From Bacteroidota bacterium (GTDB taxonomy: Bacteria; Bacteroidota; Ignavibacteria; Ignavibacteriales; SURF-24), in contig JAUZPB010000009.1 of NCBI GenBank assembly GCA_030706145.1, positions 2,781 to 66,780 on the forward strand: a stretch of DNA of 64,000 bases. Reading direction: 5' to 3'. A program made the position numbers and the translations under genes. Positions 45,441-55,478 of the stretch are shown piece after piece (position 1 is the stretch's first letter; each line of letters opens with the position of its first letter). The notes beneath the pieces were generated by a model that was not told the DNA's origin, made no database searches, and saw nothing but the letters and a program-made list of their open reading frames with translations.

Positions 45441-48053
45441 ATGTCTACTCCATTAATGGCTCAATACCATAAGATAAAAGAAAGCAATCCAGATACGATA
45501 TTATTATTTAGAGTAGGTGATTTTTTTGAAACCTTCGAGGAAGATGCAAAAACTGCCTCCAAGGTACTCGGAATAACTTTAACCCGGCGCTCCAACGGAT
45601 CTTCAGGTGATACACCTCTGGCTGGTTTCCCATTTCATGCTATTGACACATATCTGCCCAAGCTTGTAAGGGCTGGCTACCGCGTTGCTGTTTGTGAGCA
45701 GATTGAAAATCCTAAATTTGCCAAAGGTATAGTAAAACGCGAAGTAATTGAAGTTGTTACCCCTGGAGTTGCTCTTTCAGATAAGCTATTAGATCATAAA
45801 AAGAATAATTATCTTTTTAGCATTTATATAAAAGATGGCTTTGCAGGAATTTCATTCTGCGATATTTCTACTGGTGAGTTTTATACATATGAGGTACAGG
45901 TTAGTGAGATCTCTCAGCAGATCGAACTAATTAGCCCGGCAGAAATACTTGTTCATAAAAAGGACAAGGATAGTGTTCTTGCAATCATTCAAAGAATTAA
46001 TCCGTCGATCCGTATATCGAAAATGGAAGACTGGATATTCAGTTTTGATTATTGCAGAGACAGCCTTTCTTCTCACTTTAATACAGTTAACCTTAAAGGA
46101 TTTGGTATAGAAAACCTCCAGCTTGGAATAATCTCAGCCGGAGTAATACTTAACTATCTGCAGGAGACGCAAAAGGTTAATCTTTCACATCTTAATAAGA
46201 TCTCAAAATATAATCCCTTGGATTATATGATACTGGATTTTGCAACAAAGAGAAATCTTGAAATAACTTTCAGTATGAATGATGGTGGAAGAGAAGGCTC
46301 TTTGATCTCAATATTGGACAAAACAGAGACAGCAATGGGCGGACGTATGCTAAAGAAGTGGATTTCCGCTCCTCTAAGGAAATTAGAGCCTATTTTGCAA
46401 AGGCAAGAATGTGTTGAAGAATTTTTTAGCAATAAAAGCCTAAGGGAAAATGTAATAAAAGAATTAAAAGAGATTGGTGACCTTGAAAGGCTTATATCAA
46501 AAGTTTGTACAGGAAAAGCTAATCCAAGAGATCTGGTAGCAGTTAAAACTTCGTTAAAGAAGATCCCTTCAATAAAGCAGCACCTTTCAGTTGTAAAGTC
46601 AATAGTACTGGTTAAGATTCAGGAGAAGCTTGAAGCCCTGGATAAGCTTGTTGAAAAAATTGAAACAGCTATCGTCGATTCTCCCCCGCTTGCCTTAAAC
46701 GATGGAGGAGTAATTAACTATGGCTTTAGTCCTGAACTTGATGAACTTCGTGATTTGTCAAAAAATGCAAAGACATGGATAGCAAACCTTCAGAGAACAG
46801 AACGTGAAAGGACTAACATACCATCTCTAAAAGTAAGCTATAATAAAGTCTTCGGCTATTATATAGAGATTACAAATGCACATAAAGATAAAATTCCAGA
46901 TGATTATATTCGTAAACAGACCTTAGTAAATGGTGAAAGATACATAACTCCTGAACTAAAAAACTATGAAGATAAGATACTCAATGCCGAAGAGAAAATT
47001 GCCGAACTGGAGTATCAGTTATTTCAGGAAGTAAGGCTTGCAGTTGCAAGTGAAACTGAAAAGATTCAACAAAATGCAAGGCTTATAGCTGGTTTAGATT
47101 GTTACATTTCACTAGCTGAATGTGCTGCTCAGTATAATTATGTAAAGCCGTTGCTTGATGATTCCAATACAATTGAAATACTTGAGAGCAGGCACCCGGT
47201 TGTCGAGAGAATCTTGAAGCCTGGAGATAAATTTACTCCAAACAACTATAAACTTTGTAATGAAGAGGACCAGATAATAATTCTTACAGGTCCTAATATG
47301 GCAGGAAAATCTGTTTACTTAAGGCAGTTGGGATTACTTGTTCTTTTAGCGCAGATCGGGTCTTTCATTCCAGCTAAAGAAGCAAGAATTGGAATAGTAG
47401 ATAAGATATATACAAGAGTCGGAGCCAGTGACAACATTTCAGCTGGAGAAAGTACTTTCCTGGTTGAAATGCAGGAAGCTGCCAACATATTAAATAATGC
47501 AACTTCAAAAAGCCTCATTCTTTTGGATGAAATCGGCAGGGGTACTTCTACATTTGATGGAATATCTATTGCGTGGGCTATAACGGAATATCTCCATGAA
47601 AACCCTGAGTGCTCTGCTAAAACATTATTTGCAACGCACTATCATGAATTAAATGAGCTAGCAGATATTTTCCCGAGAATCAGGAATTATAAAGTTGAAG
47701 TGAAAGAATATGGTGATAAAGTAATTTTTCTGCACAGAGTTTCCTCTGGAAGTGCGGACCACAGTTATGGTATACAAGTAGCACAAATGGCTGGACTTCC
47801 CTACTTTGTCACAAAACGTGCGAAGGAAATACTTGAGAACCTTGAGGGGAAGGAGCTTACACCACAGGATGCAAAAAAAGCTAGGCAGGCAAGACTTAAG
47901 ACCAAAGATGAAATGCAGTTTAACTTGTTTGAAGTTAAAGACGATTCCATAAGGCAGGAGATAAGCAATATTCAACTAGACAACATTACTCCATTAGAGG
48001 CCCTTAATAAATTGAATGAGCTTAAGAGAAAAATTGCTACTTCTTCTGATTAA
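45441..48053 (+). CDS. mutS: DNA mismatch repair protein MutS
   Basis: 870 aa with TPLMAQY...FFRVGDFFE at the N-terminus, Walker A GPNMAGKS, DEIGRGTSTFDG, and TLFATHYHEL. Confidence 0.96.
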   Translation: MSTPLMAQYHKIKESNPDTILLFRVGDFFETFEEDAKTASKVLGITLTRRSNGSSGDTPLAGFPFHAIDTYLPKLVRAGYRVAVCEQIENPKFAKGIVKREVIEVVTPGVALSDKLLDHKKNNYLFSIYIKDGFAGISFCDISTGEFYTYEVQVSEISQQIELISPAEILVHKKDKDSVLAIIQRINPSIRISKMEDWIFSFDYCRDSLSSHFNTVNLKGFGIENLQLGIISAGVILNYLQETQKVNLSHLNKISKYNPLDYMILDFATKRNLEITFSMNDGGREGSLISILDKTETAMGGRMLKKWISAPLRKLEPILQRQECVEEFFSNKSLRENVIKELKEIGDLERLISKVCTGKANPRDLVAVKTSLKKIPSIKQHLSVVKSIVLVKIQEKLEALDKLVEKIETAIVDSPPLALNDGGVINYGFSPELDELRDLSKNAKTWIANLQRTERERTNIPSLKVSYNKVFGYYIEITNAHKDKIPDDYIRKQTLVNGERYITPELKNYEDKILNAEEKIAELEYQLFQEVRLAVASETEKIQQNARLIAGLDCYISLAECAAQYNYVKPLLDDSNTIEILESRHPVVERILKPGDKFTPNNYKLCNEEDQIIILTGPNMAGKSVYLRQLGLLVLLAQIGSFIPAKEARIGIVDKIYTRVGASDNISAGESTFLVEMQEAANILNNATSKSLILLDEIGRGTSTFDGISIAWAITEYLHENPECSAKTLFATHYHELNELADIFPRIRNYKVEVKEYGDKVIFLHRVSSGSADHSYGIQVAQMAGLPYFVTKRAKEILENLEGKELTPQDAKKARQARLKTKDEMQFNLFEVKDDSIRQEISNIQLDNITPLEALNKLNELKRKIATSSD

Positions 48054-48071
48054 CATAAAGTATAAATAAAA

Positions 48072-48722
48072 ATGGAACTGTTTATGAAAAAACGCATTTT
48101 ATTTTTTGTGATATTAGTAATTGCTATAGCAGTTATTGCTATTGCTTTTGTTTCAAGCAGGAAAAGATATTCTCCTGAGGAGCAAGCATATATTAAGAAA
48201 ATTGAGCAGTTTCGCTCAGAGAAAAATGAAGAGATGAAAAATAGTTCCGATTCCCCTTTCAACGCAAAGGGTAAAATTCACTTTGAAAATCTAAAATATT
48301 TCCCTGTCGATCCTTCTTATGTTTTTTATAGCAAGCTTACTGAATATGACAAAAAAGATACAATAATAATATATGGGACAAAAGGTGAACCCAGGAAATC
48401 TCTTAGATATGGATATGTTACAATAAAAGTTGATGGTAAGAACTATAAAGTAAATGTATACAAAGGATACTCGGTCCATACTGGAGAGGAATATTATGCA
48501 ATTTGGTTTACAGACAAAACAACAAACAATGAAACTTATGGAGTTGGAAGATACCTGGATTTTGAGAAAAACATTAATAAAGATTATCTTTACACAATAG
48601 ATTTTAACAAGGCATATAATCCCTATTGCGCTTATAGCCCTAATTATAGTTGTGCTGTTCCGACAAGGGAAGATTATTTGGATATAGAAATCAAAGCCGG
48701 AGAAAAGAAATTCCATAATTAA
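48072..48722 (+). CDS. DUF1684-domain protein with an N-terminal membrane anchor
   Basis: 216 aa with an N-terminal TM helix and DUF1684-like motifs (FTDKTTNNETYGVGRYLDF, DFNKAYNPYCAY, IKAGEKKF). Confidence 0.78.
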   Translation: MELFMKKRILFFVILVIAIAVIAIAFVSSRKRYSPEEQAYIKKIEQFRSEKNEEMKNSSDSPFNAKGKIHFENLKYFPVDPSYVFYSKLTEYDKKDTIIIYGTKGEPRKSLRYGYVTIKVDGKNYKVNVYKGYSVHTGEEYYAIWFTDKTTNNETYGVGRYLDFEKNINKDYLYTIDFNKAYNPYCAYSPNYSCAVPTREDYLDIEIKAGEKKFHN

Positions 48723-48737
48723 AGGAAGGGGTAATAA

Positions 48738-49751
48738 ATGGTAGTAGTATTAGAAAAAAATGTAACAGAACAACAAGTTGAGAATATAATAAAACATCTT
48801 GAAGACTTTGGATTCGATGTACATAAATCAACCGGAGTCGAACAGATTGTACTTTGAGCAATAGGAGTAAAACCTGACTTTGATATTAGGAAAGTAAAAA
48901 TACTTGATGGTGTATTTGATGTACATAGAATAACAGAGCCATTCAAACTTGCAAGCAGGAGTTTTCACAAAGAAAATACTATTGTCAAGATCAAGGATGT
49001 AGAGATTGGCGGCAATGAAGTTGTAGTAATGGCTGGTCCTTGTTCTGTTGAATGTGAAGAGCAAGTTTTCAATCTGGCAGAAGTTGTAAAGAGTGAAGGC
49101 GGAAGGATCCTCAGGGGCGGAGCTTTTAAGCCAAGAACATCTCCATATAGTTTTCAAGGCCTAGGAGAAGAGGGCTTAAAGTTACTCAGGCAGGCAGCCG
49201 ATAAGTACAACCTGCTTGTTATAACTGAAGTTATGCAAATTGAACAAATAGATCTTGTAGGAAAGTATGCCGATATATTCCAAATTGGTGCAAGAAATAT
49301 GCAGAACTATCCTTTCCTTAAAGAATTGGGCAAGACTGAGATCCCGGTTATGTTAAAACGTGGACTTGCAGCAACTATTGAAGAGTGGATGATGTCTGCT
49401 GAATATATAATTTCTAGTGGCAACAAGAATGTAATACTTTGTGAAAGAGGAATTAGGACATTTGAGACATATACCAGAAATACTTTCGATCTTTCAGCTG
49501 TGCCTGTAGTGCACAAGAAAAGTCATTTACCAATATGTGCCGATCCATCACATGCTACTGGTTATAGAGATCAGGTCATTCCTATGGCAAGAGCTGCAGT
49601 TGCAGCAGGTGCTGATGCAATTATGGTGGAAATACACAACGATCCAGAGAAAGCTCTTTCCGATGGTCCGCAGTCACTTTATCCGGAACAGTACAAAATG
49701 ATGATGAAAGAGTTAAGAGCAATTGCAAATGCTATAGGAAGAAAGATCTAA
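48738..49751 (+). pseudogene. aroF: 3-deoxy-D-arabino-heptulosonate-7-phosphate (DAHP) synthase, type I-beta with an N-terminal ferredoxin-like regulatory domain, interrupted by one in-frame TGA (codon 40, nt 48855-48857)
   Basis: An ATG at 48738 after AAAGGAAGGGG opens MVVVLEKNVTEQQVENIIKHLEDFGFDVHKSTGVEQIVL. TGA follows. The same frame then continues AIGVKPDF...[10 protein letters not shown]...[11 protein letters not shown]...[17 protein letters not shown]...CERGIRTF...DPSH... to the stop at 49751. The ORF track shows only the piece from the internal ATG at 49029. Confidence 0.85.
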
Positions 49752-49806
49752 AAACTATTTGCTTAGAGAATGATCGTTTTTTGAATATAATACTGATTTA
49801 GTAATA

Positions 49807-50895
49807 ATGAGTGAAAAAAGAAAAGTTAATATATCGATTATTGGGTTAGGACTAATTGGCGGCTCAATAGCAAAAGCATTAAAAAAAAGCACTAGTGAGG
49901 TTTATATTAGTGCCTTTGATATTGCAGAGACTTTATGTCAGGCCGAAAATGAAAGAGTAATTGATCATAAACTGTTAAATATAGAAGAGGCAGTCAAGTC
50001 AGACATTATATTCCTTTGTCTTCCAGTGGATCTTTCACTTAACTGTTTTAAGAAGCTTATTCCTATCTTAGAAGAAGATTCTATTATAACTGATGTATGT
50101 GGCGTAAAAGGAATTTTTCAGAGAACCTGGGACTCTTTTTCTTCGAAAGGTATATATATAGGCGGTCATCCCATGACGGGAAAAGAAAAAGGAGGATACA
50201 GTAATTCTGATCCTCTACTGTTTGAAAATGCTGTTTATATAATTTCAGAAAGAGTTAAAGATGAATCCGCAAAAGCAAAGCTGTTAAGCATTGTTAAACT
50301 TCTTGGAGCCCGTGCAGTCACTCTAAATCCTTTTGTACATGATAAAGTTGTTGCAAATGTAAGTCATTTGCCACAGCTTCTTTCAGTAGCTTTAGTTAAT
50401 AATGCATCACAGAACAGCCAAGAAAAGAACAACCTGGATTTTGCAGCAGGAGGATTCAGGGATATGACCAGAATTGCTTCTAGCAGTTTTAATATTTGGG
50501 ATCCGGTTCTAAGATATAACAAAGATGAAATTCTCTCAGCCATAGAATCATTGCAAGATGAGATTATTAAAATGAAGCAGATGCTTATTACAGATCAAAT
50601 TGATCCATTAAGCAGATGCTTCGATTCAGCCCGAATAAGCCGTGATACAATTCCCAAAGATACGAAGGGCTTTATTTCTCCCCTGTTTTACATTTCTGTA
50701 TATGTAAAAGATGAACCTGGAATAATTAGCCGGATCTCTACTGCGCTATTTCAGGAGTCGATAAATATTAAAGATATTGAGTTATTAAAGATACGTGAAG
50801 GTGCTGGTGGTACTTTCCGCCTGGCATTTGATGGGCTTGAAGATTCACAAAGAGCAAAAGTTATATTAAGTAATATTGGATTTGAAGTTTACTGA
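49807..50895 (+). CDS. tyrA: Prephenate dehydrogenase with a C-terminal ACT domain
   Basis: 362 aa with the Rossmann motif IIGLGLIGGSIAKAL, GGHPMTGKE, VSHLPQL, and a C-terminal ACT-like segment. Confidence 0.9.
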   Translation: MSEKRKVNISIIGLGLIGGSIAKALKKSTSEVYISAFDIAETLCQAENERVIDHKLLNIEEAVKSDIIFLCLPVDLSLNCFKKLIPILEEDSIITDVCGVKGIFQRTWDSFSSKGIYIGGHPMTGKEKGGYSNSDPLLFENAVYIISERVKDESAKAKLLSIVKLLGARAVTLNPFVHDKVVANVSHLPQLLSVALVNNASQNSQEKNNLDFAAGGFRDMTRIASSSFNIWDPVLRYNKDEILSAIESLQDEIIKMKQMLITDQIDPLSRCFDSARISRDTIPKDTKGFISPLFYISVYVKDEPGIISRISTALFQESINIKDIELLKIREGAGGTFRLAFDGLEDSQRAKVILSNIGFEVY

Positions 50896-50965
50896 ACATG
50901 CTGCATACATAAAAGCATGTCCAAAAAACTTAAAATGCCAACTAATAAAGAGTATTGAATATTTA

Positions 50966-52537
50966 TTATCTTGCTGATAAGTATTTTACTGCAGCTTCTG
51001 CACAATTTTCCCCATCTATTGCTGCTGATACTATTCCGCCGGCATAACCGGCTCCTTCTCCTGAAGGGAAAAGTCCTTCTATTTGAGTGTGCATTAAAGT
51101 ATCTTTATCCCTTGGAATTCTGATTGGAGAACTTGTTCTTGTTTCGGCAGCTAATATTTGTGCTTCTTCGGTATAATAGCCTTTTATTTTTTTTGAAAAC
51201 AAAAGAAGCGCTTCTCTAAGGCTTTGTGAAATGTTCTTTGGAAGTATTTCGTGTAAAGGTGAAGAAACTATTCCTGGTATATAAGAAGATTTTGGCAATG
51301 TGGAAGATAATTTTCTGTTTACAAAATCCGTAATGCGCTGTGCCGGGGCTCTTTGTGTATATCCACCAGCTTCAAAGGAAATCTTCTCAACTTGTTTCTG
51401 ATATTCAAGGCCTGCAAAAATACCTTCCTTTTCAAAGGCTTTCCACTCTTTTTCTCCAATTGTAACTACAAAGCCGGAATTTGCAAACTTAGAATCGCGT
51501 TTTGAGACTGACATTCCGTTTAATACCAATTCGCCTGGAGCAGTAGAAGCAGGAATAATTATTCCTCCGGGGCACATACAAAAAGAAAAGACTCCTCTTT
51601 CTTTTACCTGGCAGGTAAGGCTATAGCTTGCAGCAGGCAAATATTCTCCTCTGTTCTTTTTGTGGTACTGAATTTCATCGATAAGGTTTTGCGGATGTTC
51701 AATTCTAACACCCATTGCAAAAGGCTTAGCCTCAATTCTAATGTTTCTTCTATTGCATAGATAAAAGATATCGCGCGCTGAATGTCCGGTTGCAAGAATG
51801 ACTGAATCGACCGGAATTTCCTTTTGATCATTAATAACAATGCCGTTGACTCTATTTTCAGAGATCAAAAAGTCAGTTAAACGGCTCTCAAAAAATATCT
51901 CTCCTCCGCATGAAAGTATTGTCTGACGTATAGATTGAACAATTTTGGGAAGCTTATTAGACCCTATATGAGGGTGTGCGTCAATAAGAATATCTTCAAT
52001 GGCGCCATGTTGGACAAAAATGTTGAGTACCTTTTTTACATCGCCTCTTTTAGTTGAGCGCGTATAAAGCTTCCCATCACTATATGTACCTGCTCCACCT
52101 TCTCCAAAACAATAATTACTATCTGGATTAACAATGCTATACTGCTGAATTGCTTTTAGGTCTCGTCTTCTTGCCTGAACATCTTTACCTCTTTCTACAA
52201 TAATCGGTTTTATGCCAGCTTCAATTAGTCTTAAGGCAGCAAACATTCCTGCTGGTCCAAATCCTACAATGGCAACTTTTTTTAATGCAGAAGAATCTTT
52301 AGCTAAATGTGAATATTTAATCTGTGGTCTAAGATCTCCCGGCTCTTCATTAATATAGACATCAGCAAGTACCCTATAAAAAGGATCTTTACTTCTGGCA
52401 TCAATAGAGCGTCTTAAAAGAGAGATGGCCTTAATTTCTGCCTGATCAAGCTTTAACTTTGATGCAGCATACTTTTTTATAGTATCGCTATCATGTGCTT
52501 TAGGTGGTTCAACGGTAAGTTCGATCTGCTTTATCAT
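50966..52537 (-). CDS. FAD-dependent oxidoreductase (COG2509-like, uncharacterised FAD-dependent dehydrogenase)
   Basis: 523 aa with the dinucleotide-binding motif VAIVGFGPAGMFAAL, CFGEGGAGTYSDGKL, and C-terminal GEGAGYAGGIVSAAIDG. Confidence 0.8.
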   Translation of the reverse strand: MIKQIELTVEPPKAHDSDTIKKYAASKLKLDQAEIKAISLLRRSIDARSKDPFYRVLADVYINEEPGDLRPQIKYSHLAKDSSALKKVAIVGFGPAGMFAALRLIEAGIKPIIVERGKDVQARRRDLKAIQQYSIVNPDSNYCFGEGGAGTYSDGKLYTRSTKRGDVKKVLNIFVQHGAIEDILIDAHPHIGSNKLPKIVQSIRQTILSCGGEIFFESRLTDFLISENRVNGIVINDQKEIPVDSVILATGHSARDIFYLCNRRNIRIEAKPFAMGVRIEHPQNLIDEIQYHKKNRGEYLPAASYSLTCQVKERGVFSFCMCPGGIIIPASTAPGELVLNGMSVSKRDSKFANSGFVVTIGEKEWKAFEKEGIFAGLEYQKQVEKISFEAGGYTQRAPAQRITDFVNRKLSSTLPKSSYIPGIVSSPLHEILPKNISQSLREALLLFSKKIKGYYTEEAQILAAETRTSSPIRIPRDKDTLMHTQIEGLFPSGEGAGYAGGIVSAAIDGENCAEAAVKYLSAR

Positions 52538-52604
52538 GATTAATTTATGTCTCCTTTTTATGGAGAAAATATTTAGACAACAAAATAAATATATGGTGTT
52601 AGAC

Positions 52605-52649
52605 GAAACAAGCCGGGAAAAGCAATAATAGTATACTGCTTTTTCCGGC
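52605..52649 (-). terminator. Probable terminator hairpin downstream of rho
   Basis: 12-bp stem GCCGGAAAAAGC / GCTTTTCCCGGC (one G-U pair) with a 14-nt loop, followed on the minus strand by UUGUUUC (an imperfect U-tract). Confidence 0.5.
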
Positions 52650-52737
52650 CTGCAGTTTTTAGAATACTGTTTCCTATAAGAAAAATGTTCTTAACAAGAA
52701 AATTTTTTTAACAAGAAAACTGTTTTTAACAATAGAA

Positions 52738-53991
52738 TTAGCTATTCATATTGTTGACGAATTCCTTGTTATTCTTTGTGCCTCTAATTTTATCCAACAG
52801 GAATTCCATAGCCTCTATTGGGTCAAAATCGCTGAGAATTTTTCTTAAGATCCAGACCTTATTTAATTCATCTTCCTTAAGAAGCAATTCTTCTCTTCTT
52901 GTACCGGATTTATTAACGTCAATAGCAGGGAAAATTCTTCTATCACTAAGGTCGCGGTTAAGTACAAGTTCCATATTACCTGTACCCTTAAACTCTTCGA
53001 AAATAACTTCATCCATACGGCTCCCTGTGTCGATCAAAGCAGTAGCTATAATTGTAAGACTTCCACCATCTTCTGTATTTCTAGCAGATCCGAAGAATCT
53101 TTTTGGTTTGTGAAGAGCGTTAGCGTCAACACCACCAGATAATATTTTACCGCTATGAGGAGCAACAGTATTGTGAGCTCTTGCAAGTCTAGTAATACTA
53201 TCAAGCAAAATCACGACATCGTTTTTTGCTTCAACCATTCTTTTGGCTTTTTCAATTACCATATTAGCCACCTGGACGTGACGTTCTGCTGGTTCATCGA
53301 ATGTAGAACTAATAACTTCAGCCTGAACTGAACGCTGCATATCAGTAACTTCTTCGGGGCGTTCATCAATAAGAAGCATGATAAGTTTTACTTCAGGATG
53401 GTTACGTGTAATTGAATTAGCGAGTTTTTGAAGCAGAATTGTTTTTCCGCTCTTAGGAGGTGAAACAATCAAACCTCTTTGACCTTTTCCAATTGGTGAG
53501 AGCATATCGACTATACGCATTGAATATTCACCTGGTGAAGACTCCAAAACGAGTCTTTTAGTAGGATACAGTGGAGTCAAGTTGTCGAAGAGTGTTCTTT
53601 CTCTAATTGTATCAGGATCCTGGCCATTAACAGCCTCTACTCTAAGTAAAGCAAAGAACCTTTCACCTTCTTTAGGAGGTCTAACCTGACCACTTACATG
53701 GTCACCTGTTCTAAGGCTGAATCTTTTTATCTGTGATGGTGAAACATATATATCATCGGGAGAAGGTAAATAGTTGTAATCTGAGGATCTAAGGAAACCG
53801 TAACCATCGGCAAGCACCTCAAGGACGCCCTTTGAGAAAGTGAGACCATCTTTTGTTGTCTGAGCTTCAAGAATTTTAAATATAAGCTCTTGCTTTCGTA
53901 AATCACTGTAACCTGTTATTCCAAGTTCTTTAGCTATTTTGTTTAAATCTACAATCTTTTTCGATTGAAGTTCAGAAATATCCATTGGCAT
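52738..53991 (-). CDS. rho: Transcription termination factor Rho
   Basis: 417 aa with an N-terminal RNA-binding domain ([14 protein letters not shown]), Walker [19 protein letters not shown], and RFFGSARN. Confidence 0.96.
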   Translation of the reverse strand: MPMDISELQSKKIVDLNKIAKELGITGYSDLRKQELIFKILEAQTTKDGLTFSKGVLEVLADGYGFLRSSDYNYLPSPDDIYVSPSQIKRFSLRTGDHVSGQVRPPKEGERFFALLRVEAVNGQDPDTIRERTLFDNLTPLYPTKRLVLESSPGEYSMRIVDMLSPIGKGQRGLIVSPPKSGKTILLQKLANSITRNHPEVKLIMLLIDERPEEVTDMQRSVQAEVISSTFDEPAERHVQVANMVIEKAKRMVEAKNDVVILLDSITRLARAHNTVAPHSGKILSGGVDANALHKPKRFFGSARNTEDGGSLTIIATALIDTGSRMDEVIFEEFKGTGNMELVLNRDLSDRRIFPAIDVNKSGTRREELLLKEDELNKVWILRKILSDFDPIEAMEFLLDKIRGTKNNKEFVNNMNS

Positions 53992-54143
53992 ATTTCAAAT
54001 CCTACTTTAAGATTAATTCATAATTGAGATAATTAAAATGCATTATTTATAACCGGATTAGTAAAATCGGGGTTATTTTGTCGATCACTCTGTTTTTTTT
54101 GATTTTTTTGAAAGGAACAAGAGGAACTACGGTAAAATTATAT

Positions 54144-55427
54144 CTATTGAGAAAAAATGTCAAGCTTTTTTTTCATCAACAACTGTTTTTTAATTTCACC
54201 AAGAACATACATACTTCCTAAAACAACAAGGCACTTATCGGTCTCTTGGCTCTTAATAAAGTGCTCAATAAAATCTGCCCCGTTATTTTCAACCTTACAA
54301 ACCAAGTTCAATTTAGAAGCAATAGAACTTAGTTCACTAACAGAAGCTGCCCTCTCATATTCAATCGTATTAAGATGAATTTCATCGAAATAAGGAGATA
54401 AACTTTGAAGCATAAGCTCAATTGTTTTATCCCTCATTGCCCCAAACAAAAGGTGTCTGGTTTTGTAATCATTGGCTTCCTCCTTGAAAGCAGTAAGAAA
54501 ACTCGTCACTCCCTCAAGATTATGTGCAGAATCGAATATTACACGCGGCTTTTCAGAATATATTTCATATCGTCCCTGAATGCCTGAGTTTTTAACGACA
54601 TTTTCGAGTCCCCTGGAAATAATATTTTTATCTTTTATTCCAAGCGATTCTGAAAGAACAAGTATCGATAATGAAGCATTATATTTTTGATAAATTCCTC
54701 TGAGAGGAGTATCAATGTTATTGAAAGCTATTAAAGGTGAAACAAAACTAAAAGAATTGTTCTGTTCTTTGGTGTAATCAGTAACCTTAAATACTTCAGA
54801 ATTAAGATTTCTGCTTATGTTAATTAACACATTTTCTGCATCAAAAGGAAGTCTACCTAAGAAAACTTTTGTGTTTTTTTTGATGATACCGCCTTTTTCC
54901 CCTGCTATCTGCTCAATTGTACTACCGAGTATTTCAGTATGTTCCAGGCTAATTGAAGTAATAACCGAAGCAATTGGCAGAATCACATTAGTTGCGTCAA
55001 GCCGTCCGCCAAGGCCTGTTTCAATAACAGCGTAATCTACTCCCATATCTGCAAAATACTTGAAAGCCAGGGCCGTTGTAGCTTCAAAAAACGTAGGTTT
55101 ATGCTTATCCATATACTCAGATAAAGAAGAAACAAATGAAGCTACATAATCATCGGGTATTTCAGTCCCATTTATCCTGATCCTTTCATTAAACCTGACA
55201 AAATGAGGAGAAGTATATAGCCCAACTTTATAGCCTTTTTCAATTAGTATGCTTGTAGTAAATGAGGAAGTACTTCCCTTTCCATTTGTACCGGCAATAT
55301 GAAAGCAGCCGAATTTTTTTTGCGGGTTTCCAAGCAGTTCAAGTAAGTGTTCTATGTTTGAGAGCCCTAATTTAATACCAAATTTTTGTAAAGAGTATAA
55401 TTTCTCTAATGCTTGATTAACATCCAT
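54144..55427 (-). CDS. folC: Bifunctional folylpolyglutamate synthase / dihydrofolate synthase
   Basis: 427 aa with the Mur-ligase P-loop HIAGTNGKGST, ETGLGGRLDATN and DSAHN. Confidence 0.9.
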   Translation of the reverse strand: MDVNQALEKLYSLQKFGIKLGLSNIEHLLELLGNPQKKFGCFHIAGTNGKGSTSSFTTSILIEKGYKVGLYTSPHFVRFNERIRINGTEIPDDYVASFVSSLSEYMDKHKPTFFEATTALAFKYFADMGVDYAVIETGLGGRLDATNVILPIASVITSISLEHTEILGSTIEQIAGEKGGIIKKNTKVFLGRLPFDAENVLINISRNLNSEVFKVTDYTKEQNNSFSFVSPLIAFNNIDTPLRGIYQKYNASLSILVLSESLGIKDKNIISRGLENVVKNSGIQGRYEIYSEKPRVIFDSAHNLEGVTSFLTAFKEEANDYKTRHLLFGAMRDKTIELMLQSLSPYFDEIHLNTIEYERAASVSELSSIASKLNLVCKVENNGADFIEHFIKSQETDKCLVVLGSMYVLGEIKKQLLMKKKLDIFSQ

Positions 55428-55478
55428 GACTTTTCTTTAGTTCACAACACAATAAATATTTATTCACAAAAAAAGGTT

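Noticed and set aside
48855-48857. In-frame TGA in the DAHP synthase gene as evidence of genome-wide stop-codon reassignment (UGA=Gly or Trp, genetic codes 25/4)
   Set aside because: TGA clearly terminates well-conserved genes in this same window, at positions matching normal protein C-termini. Examples are ferritin (6222-6224), mtnA (34186-34188), the thioredoxin-fold protein (41288-41290) and DoxX (17445-17447). The standard code therefore applies. No SECIS-like context is evident either.
48291-49157. Antisense ORFs of 141, 75 and 109 aa opposite the DUF1684 and DAHP synthase genes
   Set aside because: The sense-strand genes have clear family motifs. The antisense translations are Ile/Phe/Cys-rich junk with no start context. 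The same applies to the other antisense ORFs in the track (for example 12723-13115, 14661-14999, 52751-53113).
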